A DNA stretch of 63,620 nucleotides, counting the filler, from Olpidium bornovanus S191 (Eukaryota; Fungi; Olpidiomycota): the NCBI GenBank assembly GCA_017911155.1. It is 27 parts of 27 records of this genome, joined end to end, with 100 filler letters (N's around TTAATTAATTAA, not from the genome) between each part and the next. Parts side by side here need not be neighbours in the genome. Positions count along the whole stretch, not along the records: positions 25,096 to 26,710 come from JAEFCI010012260.1; positions 26,811 to 28,053 come from JAEFCI010006117.1; positions 28,154 to 30,210 come from JAEFCI010005208.1; positions 30,311 to 32,812 come from JAEFCI010005517.1; positions 32,913 to 34,673 come from JAEFCI010008985.1; positions 34,774 to 36,512 come from JAEFCI010005751.1; positions 36,613 to 38,467 come from JAEFCI010008407.1; 20 more parts are not named here. The stretch is one strand, 5' to 3'. The stretch's first letter is position 1, and each line of letters begins with the position of its first letter. Shown here piece by piece: positions 25,096-36,729 of the stretch. The translations under genes and the position numbers were made by a program. The notes beneath the pieces are model-generated. The model was not told the origin of the DNA, made no database searches, and saw only the letters and a program-made list of their open reading frames with translations.

Positions 25096-26170
25096 CATGA
25101 ACTGGACCGCGTTGCGCACGACTAGCAAGACCTCGTCCATAATCTCCTCCCCGGAACTGCCGTCGTCGCACTCACCGGAGGCGACGACGACAAGGGTGAC
25201 TATGCACAGAAGAACAAGGAATGCGTCAGCGACGTTGGCCGCGGACGTCCAGTAACTCTGTTTGAAACCGGGTTAAATGCAGTGGTGTGAGGTTCCGCGG
25301 TTGCAAAAGCGGGTCAGAGTTGTTGCAAACAATACTTTGATCAAGGAGTTTAGAAATCCTTTGGCTCGCGAAAACCCCCGCCCCTTTCCGAGCGTAAACA
25401 GGCGCAATACGACGTCCAGAAGTAATGCGGCGTTGATAACCACTTCGAGAATTATGGCGGTTTTCGTGGGACTATTGGATCATAACCGACGGCTAGCGTG
25501 AGCGGGACCTGCCCTTCCCCGAGTTTCCGGTTCTTCGTTTTCGCAGGGAACACACCAGGGTGATATGACGGACTGCCCAAACGTCGGCGGCGCTGGGGCA
25601 GTCAGGCTCGCTAGGAATCCTCATCCAGTCGTAAAACGTCAAGCTGACGAAGGCTGTGCGTTCTTACCAATAGGAAAGACGAAAAGGCCACGAGAGCCAT
25701 CCCGACGTAGACTCCAAGATACGCTTTGGAATGTACTATTTGGCTGGTCAGATTCCGGATAATCTCTTTACGGCTGAGCCCATACTGCGACCGTTGGCTT
25801 CTTTGTTGCCCAAATGCCGTCCGCAATAAACAATAAAAACAAATAAAAAAAGTCCCACCGTTAGAAATGATCGAACAGCGTCGGGTGGGGGGATGGGGGG
25901 GAGAAGGTCCGGCGCAAACGGGGGCAGGACCCAGGAGGCGCATTCTCGCTCAGACAGTAGCGTTGCCTGCTTTTTTGCAGTCTATCGTCCAAACGACGCA
26001 AAAGAAGCGCCGGCCCCCTCGAAGCCCCTAGCCGCTGGTCGACATTCTCCGAAGAGGTCTCTGCACCCCCCCACGCCTGGCGGCACATTTTAGCTTGGGG
26101 TTTTTGCCGGGACATCGTACCTTGCGTTTGCCTGCGTGATCAGCCCGACCGTGGCCTCCTCGTCTGCCAT
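25096..26170 (-). CDS. Stand-alone 4-TM voltage-sensor-like (Ion_trans S1-S4) protein, 3' truncated
   Basis: MADEEATVGL../LSRKEIIRNLTSQIVHSKAYLGVYVGMALVAFSSFLL/CPTKTAIILEVVINAALLLDVVLRLFTLGK/YWTSAANVADAFLVLLCIVTLVVVASGEC..EEIMDEVLLVVRNAVQFM. Confidence 0.65.
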
Positions 26171-26810
26171 GACGGCGGCGGCGGCAAAGCGTTCGGCGGG
26201 AAGTGGACCCCGTGGGGCGTTAACAGCTGCGTGACCCCACTCCGTACTCCCCAAGTCAACTAGGGGCTTTCTCCCCGTGGCCGCAAAAAAGTTTTCCCCC
26301 ACCACCAAATCCCCCTCGGAGAGTTTTCATGCGCAGAACAATAAAAAAGCCTGGGGACGTACGCCCGCCCACGCGGTGTGAAAGACGGGAACAGTAAAAC
26401 GGAAGAGTCATGACGGAAAGGGGTAGCCGATAAGTAAAAGACAGGGGCCCACAACGCTCGGCGGCCGCCGTGCAGACAAAAGATCACCCTCCCAAAGTAG
26501 GCAGGCAACTAGCGAAGCCGGGGAAGCGTAGTTTGTTGACGTCAACCCAGTCAAACACGTCCGATTGCCAAAGTGCATCCTTATCTCCTCATGCTTCATA
26601 AGTAATGCATCGAAATTGATTAACATATCCGTCCCTGCGGCTCCCTAGAAAAATTTTCTGTTATTTTATTTTACAGTTTTCCGTCTTATATAGAATGTCC
26701 TTGGTGGAGCNNNNNNNNNNNNNNNNNNNNNNNNNNNNNNNNNNNNNNNNNNNNTTAATTAATTAANNNNNNNNNNNNNNNNNNNNNNNNNNNNNNNNNN
26801 NNNNNNNNNN

Positions 26811-27140
26811 CATGGCCTTCTTGCACGCGCGACAGTTCCAGATGCCGACGGCTGTGCGCTTGACGGTGTCCTACGTGACAGAAATAAGGATAGGAAGGTT
26901 CAGCAACGGTGTTGCCGTCGTGGAAAAGCAACGGTCGGACCCGAAAAGTCGACCGAGGAAAAGCCACCGTTGCGGCCCCTTCCCTTCAGGCCGCTTCAAC
27001 GTTACCTTCCCGCAAAACGTGCACGTGTACTTTGCGTGCTGAGTGATTTCCATCTTCTTCACCTGTTTACGCAGAGAGGCACCGTAACGGGTGCCGTACT
27101 TTCCAACAACTCCAAGCTTCTTCGTGCGTTTCTGGCGAAA
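26811..27140 (-). CDS. RPL43: 60S ribosomal protein eL43 (L37a), partial
   Basis: [42 protein letters not shown] / [20 protein letters not shown]. Confidence 0.97.
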
Positions 27141-28389
27141 TCAAAAGCAGAGTATAAACCCAGACGGACTGCTTTAGCACCAAAGAAATGACGGCGAGCC
27201 GGAGACGAACGGTCTTCGAATCGGCTCGTCGGCAGTAAATTCGACGGACGGAGACACTCCTAGTCCCCATTCCAAAAGCCTTTTCTGGGCCGCGCCTTTG
27301 CAGACCGAGGACGGCCTCCGCGATGACGGCTTCGCCCAGAGCCCGGCCCATGCTCCATTTTGAGCTCCCGAAGGAGTTAGGATTTCGCCGGGTCTTCCGG
27401 GTCAAACCGTCCTAAATTGCTGAAGAGTGTAGGCCCCTTCGTAAACTGGTTCAGACGGGGTCGGTTCCGCCGCCTGCGGCGAAGTTTTCCCGGCTGCGGG
27501 CGATGCCCAGCGCGCCGCGCTGCCTCGGCGGCCAAACGTGGAGCGGCAGCAGATGGCGCGCCGAACGGGATGGGTTGCGGCGGGGGAAGGTCGTCGACGA
27601 CGGACAGCGCCCTTACCGCCATTTCTCTTGCTGCTGTGGCGTGCGGCGGCGGAGTGGCCGGTAAGCTGGGGGGGGAATGGGGAAGGGGGGCGGGGGAGGA
27701 GAACGGGGGAAAGGGGGAGGGGGGGCCACGCGCCGGACAACGGGCACGCCACCATTTGACACAGCAACTCACCCTGGGAGAACAGGAAGTGCGCAGGCCG
27801 AAGGCCTTCGGCCCCAAGGTCGTCACAAAACCGGCGCCGCCTCACATAGGCAACAATTGAGCCTTCTGAGCTCACAGCAGACAACAAGGCATTCAGAGAG
27901 GTCCAAGCACAGTAATATCAGGTTCCAGTCACTTGGGGCAATGCTCCGCGGGTGAGATCACCCGGATCGCGCGCATTGCCTCCGCTGAGAATCCAGCTGG
28001 CATCCTCGTGAAGCCATTATATGCGGTTAAGTTTGCCAAGTTCAAGAACATGGNNNNNNNNNNNNNNNNNNNNNNNNNNNNNNNNNNNNNNNNNNNNTTA
28101 ATTAATTAANNNNNNNNNNNNNNNNNNNNNNNNNNNNNNNNNNNNNNNNNNNNCATGAGATTAAAGATTAGGTCTATGAGCGCCCGGGTTTGCGCCTTTC
28201 GCTCTGTGCAAAAATGATCCTGTAGCGCGCGCAGAACCGGGAATGATTCGGGAGATGCGAGAGGCCGGTGGCGCGAAGCGCGTGGGGGGATGAGGCGGGG
28301 GGGGTGTGTGGGGGGGGGGGGCGGCGTAGCGATTTTTTAAGGTTTTTGTCGTTTTCTCGTATTTCGGCTTTTTGACGTTTCGTCGAGGC

Positions 28390-30210
28390 TCAGTCAAACG
28401 CCACTTCGCCCGTCGCGTTGCCGTCGCCGTCGTCGTCCGAGGCGGGCAAGATCGAGGCGCTCGCGTCGTTCTGGTCCTCCGCGCCGCCGCCGTAGTCCTC
28501 ACCACCGGCGGTCTCGATATCGACGGCAGACGTCGCGCCGGCGAGACTCGCCGCGACTGCTTCGACGGGCGCCTCGTGCAGGCGGTAAACGGCGGCGACG
28601 TCGGCTCCTCCGGACGCGGCAGGGTCGACGGCCGCGGCGTACGCGACCGGCGCGGCGGCGTGGGGCGCCGCCAAGGGGGGGGCGGGAGCGGCCGGGGCGG
28701 TCGGCTGGACCTCGAAGAGGGTGCCGGACGGCGGCGGCGGCGCGAATGCGGAATCGCCGGCGGCCGCCGCTCCGGTTGCCTCGACCGGCGGCCCGGCCGT
28801 CGGGCTCGCCTCGCCCCAGCCGTCCGGCGCAGCCGCGTACAGCGGATCGAAGTCCGTGAGGCGGACCGGGATGCCGGGGTAGTTGGACCCCTGGATCACC
28901 GCAGTGGGCTCGGTAGTCGCGGCGGCGGCGGCGGCGCCGCCGTCGGCCGTCCAGGAGGAATGCGCGTGCTGCGACGAGGGATGGCCGGCGGTAGGCGTTG
29001 CGTGAGGCGCCGACGGGCCGGGGACGGAAAGGCGGGAGCTTTTCTCGGCGGCGGTGTCGACGTTGACGAAGATCGGGCCCGCGATGATGAGGCTCTGGGT
29101 GTTTCTCAACGTGAGACGCTCGTCGCGCCTGATCACTGCGACTGGACAAGGCGGAGCAGGAGGCGCGTGCGCAAAAACAGGGGACTTAGTTGGAACAGGC
29201 CTCGTGGGATCACGCGCAGCCGGGGTAACGCGCAGGGCCGCCGCGCGCAGAGACGTTACCGAAGACGTCACCGCGAGCGCCCTTCGGGACCCTGCAGCCG
29301 TTTCCGGGATCGAGCGGCACGGTGACGGACTTGTCCGAGAACAGGAAGCTGCAGAAATGACCTCCCGAGCCCGACCCCGCGTACTCCAGCCGGACGTTCC
29401 TTCCTGAGCGGACGGCCGCCGAGCCGACCAGCGTCAGGCTCTTGAAGGGCGCCGCGCCGAGCGTGGACGGGATGTCAAACGGGCAGCTCTCGATGACGGA
29501 GGCGGCCATCGTCACGACCACGGGCCCGGCGAGGGGCGTCTCGAAATCTTGAGGGAAGGGGCCAAAGCCTACAAAACAACCGGAGGAGGGCAAAACGCCC
29601 CCGAAGAGGTTTCAGGAAGGGGCGTTCCAACCCGCGGCGGTCGCTGCTGGCAACTTTTCGGGGCGTCCTGTTTCACACACCTGATGCGGAGTCTAGGAAG
29701 CTGGCATGGCGGCTCTCGACCGCCGCAATCGACTGCCCGAGGGATGGAAACGCAAAATTAAGTCCGCGGTCGACAGCCGCTTGCGCCGCGTTTTATTTCT
29801 CGGGACGGCTCAGATTTGTTTTTTTTTTTTCACCCACCGCCGCGGCCGTCTGAATATCCCCGTTGCTGACCAGCGCGATCGCGCCGCCGTAAGCCGACGC
29901 GCCCAACTTTTCTAGCCGGCGCGCCACGGTCAGGAAGCTGTGCACGTCGCCGACGCCGACTTTTTTTTTTTTTTTTTTTTTTGTTGCCGCGCGGGAGGAA
30001 GGAGATGAGATTTTGGAACGGGGAGCGAAGAGGGGGTCCGGTTCAGTCGCGGCGGGGGCTCCATAAGCAAACCCCGAACCCCCTTCTTTCCCCACCCCCC
30101 CCTCCCCCCGCCACCACCAGCACCACCAGCACCTCCAGCGGGAACGACGGGCCCGCGCGTCGCGTCTTACAGTTGTATTTGCAGGGCGGAAGCGGCGTCC
30201 CGCAGAACGC
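28390..30210 (-). CDS. Ferritin-like (Ferritin_2) Rds1-type protein with long Ala/Pro/Ser C-terminal tail, 5' truncated
   Basis: Exons AFCGTPLPPCKYN / DVHSFLTVARRLEKLGASAYGGAIALVSNGDIQTAAA / SIAAVESRHASFLDSAS / PFPQDFETPLAGPVVVTMAASVIESCP, then ORF to 28390. Confidence 0.8.
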
Positions 30211-33200
30211 NNNNNNNNNNNNNNNNNNNNNNNNNNNNNNNNNNNNNNNNNNNNTTAATTAATTAANNNNNNNNNNNNNNNNNNNNNNNNNNNNNNNNNN
30301 NNNNNNNNNNCATGTTCGCGCGTGAGCAATTCCGTCGACGGGGTCGGGCAGCAACCACTTTTGCTCAGAAACAATCCGAGCCGCGCCACGCGCAGCTCGT
30401 TCGGTGCCGCGGGGCAGCCGGCGAAGATGCTGGAAGGGAAGCCCAGCCTTGTGCAGGTTTCTGTTGGATGAGAGTGAAGTTTGCAAAGTTTTGTGGTATG
30501 GTCAGCACGTGCGATTTTGATACAACCCGGCAGAAATAGGGACAATGCCCAAAGAATTGAGACCTTGAAAGGCGGAGAGATAAAGAAGAGTACGTGGAAA
30601 CCGGCGGGGCCCATGGAGAGAGGTGGAGGAGGGGGGGGGGTCGCTGGAAGGAGGCAGACATGTGGCTAGAGAGCACTGAGGACACCACCCAGCTGTACCC
30701 TCCCCATTCCAATTCGTTCCGGGGTACGATGGCAATCAACCGTAAAATGATTGCATTCCAAACAATACTCGGAACATTTTTCGCCACTCGGGGCGTTGCT
30801 GCGTTGCTACCTGTTGCGGTGCGGAAAGCGCGGTGTGGCGGGCGATATAACGAACTATGCGGAACGGCAAGGAATGTTAGTGGGAGCAGTTGGTGTGCTG
30901 CGCCAAACGGCAGCTGCGGCACGCGCCAACCCCGCGACTGTGTGAACTCGAAGGTTTTACACGGACGGATTGACTTGGAAAAGGAGTCCGTTAAAAGCTT
31001 CTGGAAATTCCCGTTGCACCACGTTGCGGTGGTTGGGGATGATCTGCGCGCACGAGGAACGCGCTCGCGCGGGCATACAGCAGCAATGACGTGCCCCTGC
31101 CGTATTTGTGGTTTTATGTTATGGTACTTGCGCGTGAGGTGCACAGCGCGTGGTGTGCTGCGTGTGCAGTGTTTGAGGCGGGCTGCTCTGTTGCATGGAA
31201 GGAGACGCACGCGTGCGGACGACGCGCCGGGTCGGAGAAACCGGACGGCGCCGTGCTCGGCGACGCGCTGTTGAAAAAAAAAACGCCGATGCTGATGCGC
31301 CTGTGCGGCTGGTGGTTGGTGGCAGCGCCGGCAGCGTGGGACCCGTTTGTCGCCGAGCCACGTCGTCCTCCTTGCGAACGGGCCGCGCGGCAAAATCCCC
31401 GCAGTCCGCGTCTGGATGCGGGGTTGGCCGATATGCAAACACAACGGCGATACGATGACGACGACAGCAGGCCGTAGCCACCACCACCCTGAACAACGGC
31501 GGCAACGTCATACACACTGTACTCCGCAAAGAGCGCCGCGCCGCCTCGAAGCAGGACACCTTGGCGCTTCGCTAATACTGCCGCACAGCACGTATCGGTT
31601 CCCTTCGCGACGTGGTCCGAAGCTCTTTCGTCCGCGCCGAGAACCGAACAGAGAAAGGAAACCCACGACCCTGCCAGCTTACCGGATTGCTGCCCGCGGC
31701 GTCGATGTCGGTCTTGAACGGGAGGTGGCGGACGAGCAACTGCAGGAGGATCACGTAAAATCTCTGACCGTTGGATATCCACTCCGTAAGTAATCAGAGC
31801 GAGAAAAAAACGAGTGAACATCCAATTTGCGCCTGGTTGGGCGGATCTGTATCCACGTCGCCGCATGTGCCGTACAGTACGGCTACATTACTGTACAGAG
31901 ACGATAACGGTCAAAAACGATAGTGACGGGACATCACCATAGGAAATGGCGCCAGAAATATTTGGAGCACCGCATGCGGCAGAAAATGCGCCCGACGACG
32001 CCGCATAACCATTTCCAGCTTCTACAAGGGCCATCGCAGATGCGCCGATCACGCGCCCTAGAGATGTTGTAGCGCTCGCGGACGGTCTCGAGTCGGGGCT
32101 AAGTTGCCCGCTGCGCATGCCTCGTCATCCTCAAAGGCGCAGGTGAGCTCTCGTTGCGCTCGCACGCCCTCCCTCACCGGCCTCCTCGACCACTCAACCC
32201 GAATTCCCTCGAACGTCCCCCCTCGGGTCCTCGACGAACCTCCCGGCGTCCCCCTCGTAGGCCTCGACCGTCCCGAAGTACAGGAAATCGTCCCCTTCTC
32301 TGCTCCCAGGGTCGACGGACAAAAAGCACCTTAAACCAGCATTCTGCATCACTGCTTAGGGTTAGGGTACGAAGAGGATATCATGTATTGTACACTGCAA
32401 CGGGTAAACGAAGCAAACCAGACAGCAGGAAGCAAAAGATTGTTAAAGCTACCATGCTGCCAAGCAGAAATGGATGGCACCGAGAAAAGAGGATTCAAGA
32501 CGTGCAATGATGCCATGACGGGAACCCGCACGCCATGCAAACAATGAAGTAGAGCACAAGCTACAAGGATTACGGCGGCGAAACCAACGGAGAAGAAAGG
32601 ATTGCGCAAGTCAGGACAGCGGAATAAATTTTTTAAATTTGTCAAGAGGTGTCACGACTCTGCCGGAACTTACCACAGAAGCGACGCCGACCATGACCAT
32701 CAGCTATGTAAGAAGTTGGGGCAAGGCGAGGTCGCCGGGTCAGGAAGGATAAGGCAGCTAAGCCGGATCAGCAGATGCGTCTCACAAAAAGCCAATTTGC
32801 CGACTGTCATTCNNNNNNNNNNNNNNNNNNNNNNNNNNNNNNNNNNNNNNNNNNNNTTAATTAATTAANNNNNNNNNNNNNNNNNNNNNNNNNNNNNNNN
32901 NNNNNNNNNNNNATTTTGTCGAGCGGTAGATCTTTATTATTAAAAGGGCAACTATTGAACGACGAGTTGGCCAACGCCGACCGCAGCGTCAAACGGCTGG
33001 GTGCACATTGGCCGGAGGGGCAGGGGGAGCGGTAGGGGGAGCGGTGGGGCGCAGCTCGGGGTGCAAGCGCCAACAGCGCGTAGCAGCGTGCCCCATGTTT
33101 AAACTGGGCTAAAAGGAGAAACCGTTTCCTACCTTGGCTTAGAGAGCAGCTAGAGCCTTGCTTTTTTTTCTGCAGCGTGTCTTGGCTCTTTCCTCCCCTG

Positions 33201-33603
33201 CCTGACCTGTTCTGTAGCCCGTCGGGTTTTTTTTTTTTTTTTTTTTTTTTTCCCGTCCGGCGGGGGTGTCGTCCGGCGGCCCGAGCGCCCGACCCTCGCG
33301 GGCATAAAAGGCGCCCGCCCCTCCGCCCGCCTCCCCGAAACACCAACACAAAACAAAGGGAGAAAAGGAAGTTAGGGGAAAAAAAGATGGCGGCCGCTGC
33401 GCTCTCGTCCGCGGTTATGTGGCCGCCGCGCTCTCGTCCGCTGTTGCTGCGGCCATCGTGGCCGTCCGCGAGTACTGGCACGTCTCTGAAGCATGGCTGT
33501 CCGACAACACGCGCCGTGGTCTGCGCGTCAAACTTGAGGTGCGTACAGAGGCTGGACGAATTCACGGGCATTGCCGCACGCAGCGCCACACAAAGCGGAA
33601 GCA

Positions 33604-33860
33604 TGGAGGACCGAAGTCGGCTCTCCCGGGGTGCGTGTGGGCGCGGGTCTCTGACGGTTGGCCACCGGAGCAGAGGTCCCAAGCCCACAGCATTATCCGG
33701 GGGCCACTGGGCGTCCTTCTCGCGGAGGCTTCTTGTGGGTGCAGCCGTGTGCGCGGTCGTGTGCGCGGTCGTGTGCGCAGGCTGTGGATGAAGTGGATGC
33801 TCGGAGGACCGAAGGCGGCTCTCCCGGGGGGCGTGCGGGCGCAGGTCTCTGACGGTGTCG
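33604..33860 (+). repeat. Imperfect ~57-bp direct repeat (copies at ~33604 and ~33803) inside a 170-aa ORF
   Basis: GGAGGACCGAAGTCGGCTCTCCCGGGG..GTCTCTGACGGT versus GGAGGACCGAAGGCGGCTCTCCCGGGG..GTCTCTGACGGT; peptides GGPKSALPGCVWARVSDG and GGPKAALPGGVRAQVSDG. Confidence 0.75.
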
Positions 33861-34348
33861 GAGAAATACCGGTGCCCCCTTTTAGTCACGTGTGCGTGTT
33901 GCGCATCGAAAATACCGTTGATCGCAGGTAGCATAGCGACCACCACCGACGAAAATATTAATAAAACGAGGAGAGAAAGTCGATCCCTGGTTTTTTTTCC
34001 CGGACGCCTTGCGACCGCGGCAAGCCACGACGGACTGTCGGCGCCCTCCTTGGGCCGGGACGAAATGGCGCTGCTCGGCTTCTTTGAGGTCAGTTTGGTG
34101 CGCGTCGACGGAACGTTCGAAGAGGTCGTCGAAGGTAAGTACGGTCCCGCGCCAAGCGTCGTGTACCTCCTCTAACTCCCACGGGGAAGAACCGCCCCGC
34201 CGCGAGAGCACCACCGCGCAGCAAGGGCTCCCGCCATGTCGTCTCCCCTGCCATCCCAAACGAGAGGGGCTTGTACTCTCGATAACTGGCGCTCCCAGGC
34301 AGGACTCGACTGGGCGAGGTAGGTGTGAACGCGCGCGCACAGGGGAAG

Positions 34349-34673
34349 ATGGAGGACGTGCGGATATTAGCGGAGCAGATGCGATCCGCCGAAGTAAGGG
34401 CTGCCGTCGTGCAGTTTACTCAGGAGGGCGCGCTGTTCAAAGAAAATAATATTTCTAAGTACCTGCGGTGTTTCGAGGCGGCTGTCTGTCAGTGGGAATT
34501 GACAGACTTCGAGTTAGTAAGGTACCTCAGGCTCTCCATCCACGAGGACTGTCATGACCGTGTGGCCGAGGCCACGGCCTTGTGCACTTGGCCGGAAGCC
34601 AAAGAGGTGCTCTGGGAAGTGTTTCGCGGGCAGGATGAGACTCGTATGACGGTCAGGCGGTTCGCCGAGTAGG
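34349..34673 (+). mobile_element. Ty3/gypsy-type gag N-terminal fragment
   Basis: LFKENNISKYLRCFE..ELTDFELVRY..W..AKEVLWEVFRGQDETRMTVRRF resembles the FxGxNVxxFLxxYE..W..L...D..R.T gag pattern; intronless, stop at the contig end. Confidence 0.5.
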
Positions 34674-35145
34674 NNNNNNNNNNNNNNNNNNNNNNNNNNN
34701 NNNNNNNNNNNNNNNNNTTAATTAATTAANNNNNNNNNNNNNNNNNNNNNNNNNNNNNNNNNNNNNNNNNNNNGTTTCTGTTTCTGTCTCGGAATCTTCT
34801 TCTGTGCCAGACGCCTGTGATTGGCTGAGGAAAAATTGTATACCAGACGGATATTTCTTTGTCGTTTATTCGTTTTTTTTTGATGGGTTGCATGACATAG
34901 CAGCTTCCGTCCGGTATAGATCCAATCATTTACTTTTATTTATATAGAAGGTGGACAAAATTTTACAGCTACTCTGTGGTCTTGCAGCTCCCAGACTTGA
35001 GGCATACTGTTGGCAAAATATACGGCGCGGAATGACGAGTCTTTTTCTAACGTTCGTGTATGCGTCGGGTAAACCCCGGATCCGGAGGTCATCATAATAA
35101 AACAAAAAAAAAACAAAGCGGGGTTCAACCCGGGGACGGAATAGG

Positions 35146-36066
35146 CTAATTCTTGATCGTCAAGAGATCCTGCAAGTAAGCGGCGGCGCGTGTTCCCAAA
35201 AGGTGGTGGAAATCCGCCGAAAAGTGGGATCCGTCCCAGAAGAGATATGCGTGGGGACTTCCGTTCGTCTCCATGTGTTCGTTCACGCAGGGCTCGTCCT
35301 GCACTTCGAACACCGACGCCGTTTCATAAAAGAAATCTCGCGTGGGGAAGATGTCGACCGGGCTGGAGCCAGGTTCTTTGCGAATTGCGGCAACTCCCGC
35401 GTACAGTTGCAAGTTGAATTCGCGCGTCCACACTTTGAGCTTCTCCCTCAGTGGCGCGTTCGCGTCGCCGGCCACGGCAGGGAACGCGTCCAGCGGCGGC
35501 AGCTCGAAAAACAGGGTGGGCAGCTTGCCGGCGCGGAACTGGGGGATCAGCGAGACCGCGTCGACGACCCGGCTGGCGGAGGATTGCGCCGAAGTTTCCG
35601 GGTCGTACAGGAAGTCGTTTGCTCCGGCGAAGACGGCCAGCACGTTCTTTTGGTTATTTTCCGCGAACGCCTTTAGCGCCTGCTCGTACAGGTCCGGCAA
35701 ATGAAGGCCGTCCGGCCGGTTCACCTTCACGCCGAAGAACGGCGAGGCTCGGACGGCGTCGTTGCTGGTGGTGGAGCCGGCGTAAGCGCCGCAGTTGAGG
35801 TCGAGCCCGGCATTAACCGCGGCCACCTCGGCCCACAGGGGCCCGTTGGAGAAGCGTCCCTCCGAGTACGGCGGCGACGGCGCCACGGCCTGCCCCGTGA
35901 GCAGGTGAGTGTTGCGGACGTCCGACCAGTCCTCGCCCAGCACCACCAGGACGGTGCTCTGGCTGGCGGAGGAGGAGGAAGCGGGAGGCCTTCCGCGGGC
36001 GGCGGCGGCGACGGCAGCGAGCGCCGCGAGGGCGAACGCGGCGGCGACAAGGACGCGGGGGGCCAT
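35146..36066 (-). CDS. Secreted SGNH/GDSL-family (CE16-like) protein, intronless, block I Ser replaced
   Basis: Signal peptide MAPRVLVAAAFALAALAAVAAA; LGEDWSDVRN (block I), PPYSEGRFSNGPLW, AYAGST (II), FAGANDF (III), YLFWDGSH (V). Confidence 0.88.
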   Translation of the reverse strand: MAPRVLVAAAFALAALAAVAAAARGRPPASSSSASQSTVLVVLGEDWSDVRNTHLLTGQAVAPSPPYSEGRFSNGPLWAEVAAVNAGLDLNCGAYAGSTTSNDAVRASPFFGVKVNRPDGLHLPDLYEQALKAFAENNQKNVLAVFAGANDFLYDPETSAQSSASRVVDAVSLIPQFRAGKLPTLFFELPPLDAFPAVAGDANAPLREKLKVWTREFNLQLYAGVAAIRKEPGSSPVDIFPTRDFFYETASVFEVQDEPCVNEHMETNGSPHAYLFWDGSHFSADFHHLLGTRAAAYLQDLLTIKN

Positions 36067-36729
36067 CAGATCTGGTGATGGTTTTTTTTTTTTTTTTTTT
36101 TTTTCCGCTCGCTTGCTCGCCTCGCGCTCTCTCCGTTTTCCCTCCGGGGAAAGGGGGAGTGTTTGTTGGCGAAGGGCGAAACGGAGCGAGAGAGGAAAGA
36201 ACTTCAAGTCCGCGCCTCTTATTACATCTTCTGCTTCTCTTTTTTTTTGCACACGACGCGGAGTGAGGACTCCCACCCCCCCCTTGTTTACCCCCTGTTA
36301 ACCCCCCTTCCCCCCCCTTGAAAAAAAAAAAAAATCAAAAAAATATTCCCCGATAACAAACACGCCGCCCCCTCTCTCCCCTTTGTCCCCCCTTGGCAAC
36401 AACAACAACAACAACAACAACAACAACCCACTCCCCACTTCAAACCTGGCGAGGGGGGACGTGTGACGGGGGGAATGCGAGGGGGGCGGGGTGGGGGACG
36501 GGGGCCGGGAGANNNNNNNNNNNNNNNNNNNNNNNNNNNNNNNNNNNNNNNNNNNNTTAATTAATTAANNNNNNNNNNNNNNNNNNNNNNNNNNNNNNNN
36601 NNNNNNNNNNNNCGCCAAGACGGAATCTCTCGACTACCAGGACGACCTCGGCGCCGCAATCCGGGATTTGGGATTTGGGATTTGGGATGCCGGGTAGCGC
36701 GCTTTGCTTCCTGCCGTCTTACTCTCTCA

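Noticed and set aside
32356-32367. TTAGGGTTAGGG as a telomere
   Set aside because: Only two units, internal to a contig; compatible with chance.
30311-32812. Several 120-360 aa ORFs on both strands
   Set aside because: No recognisable motifs or consistent splice model; long overlapping ORFs are expected in GC-rich DNA.
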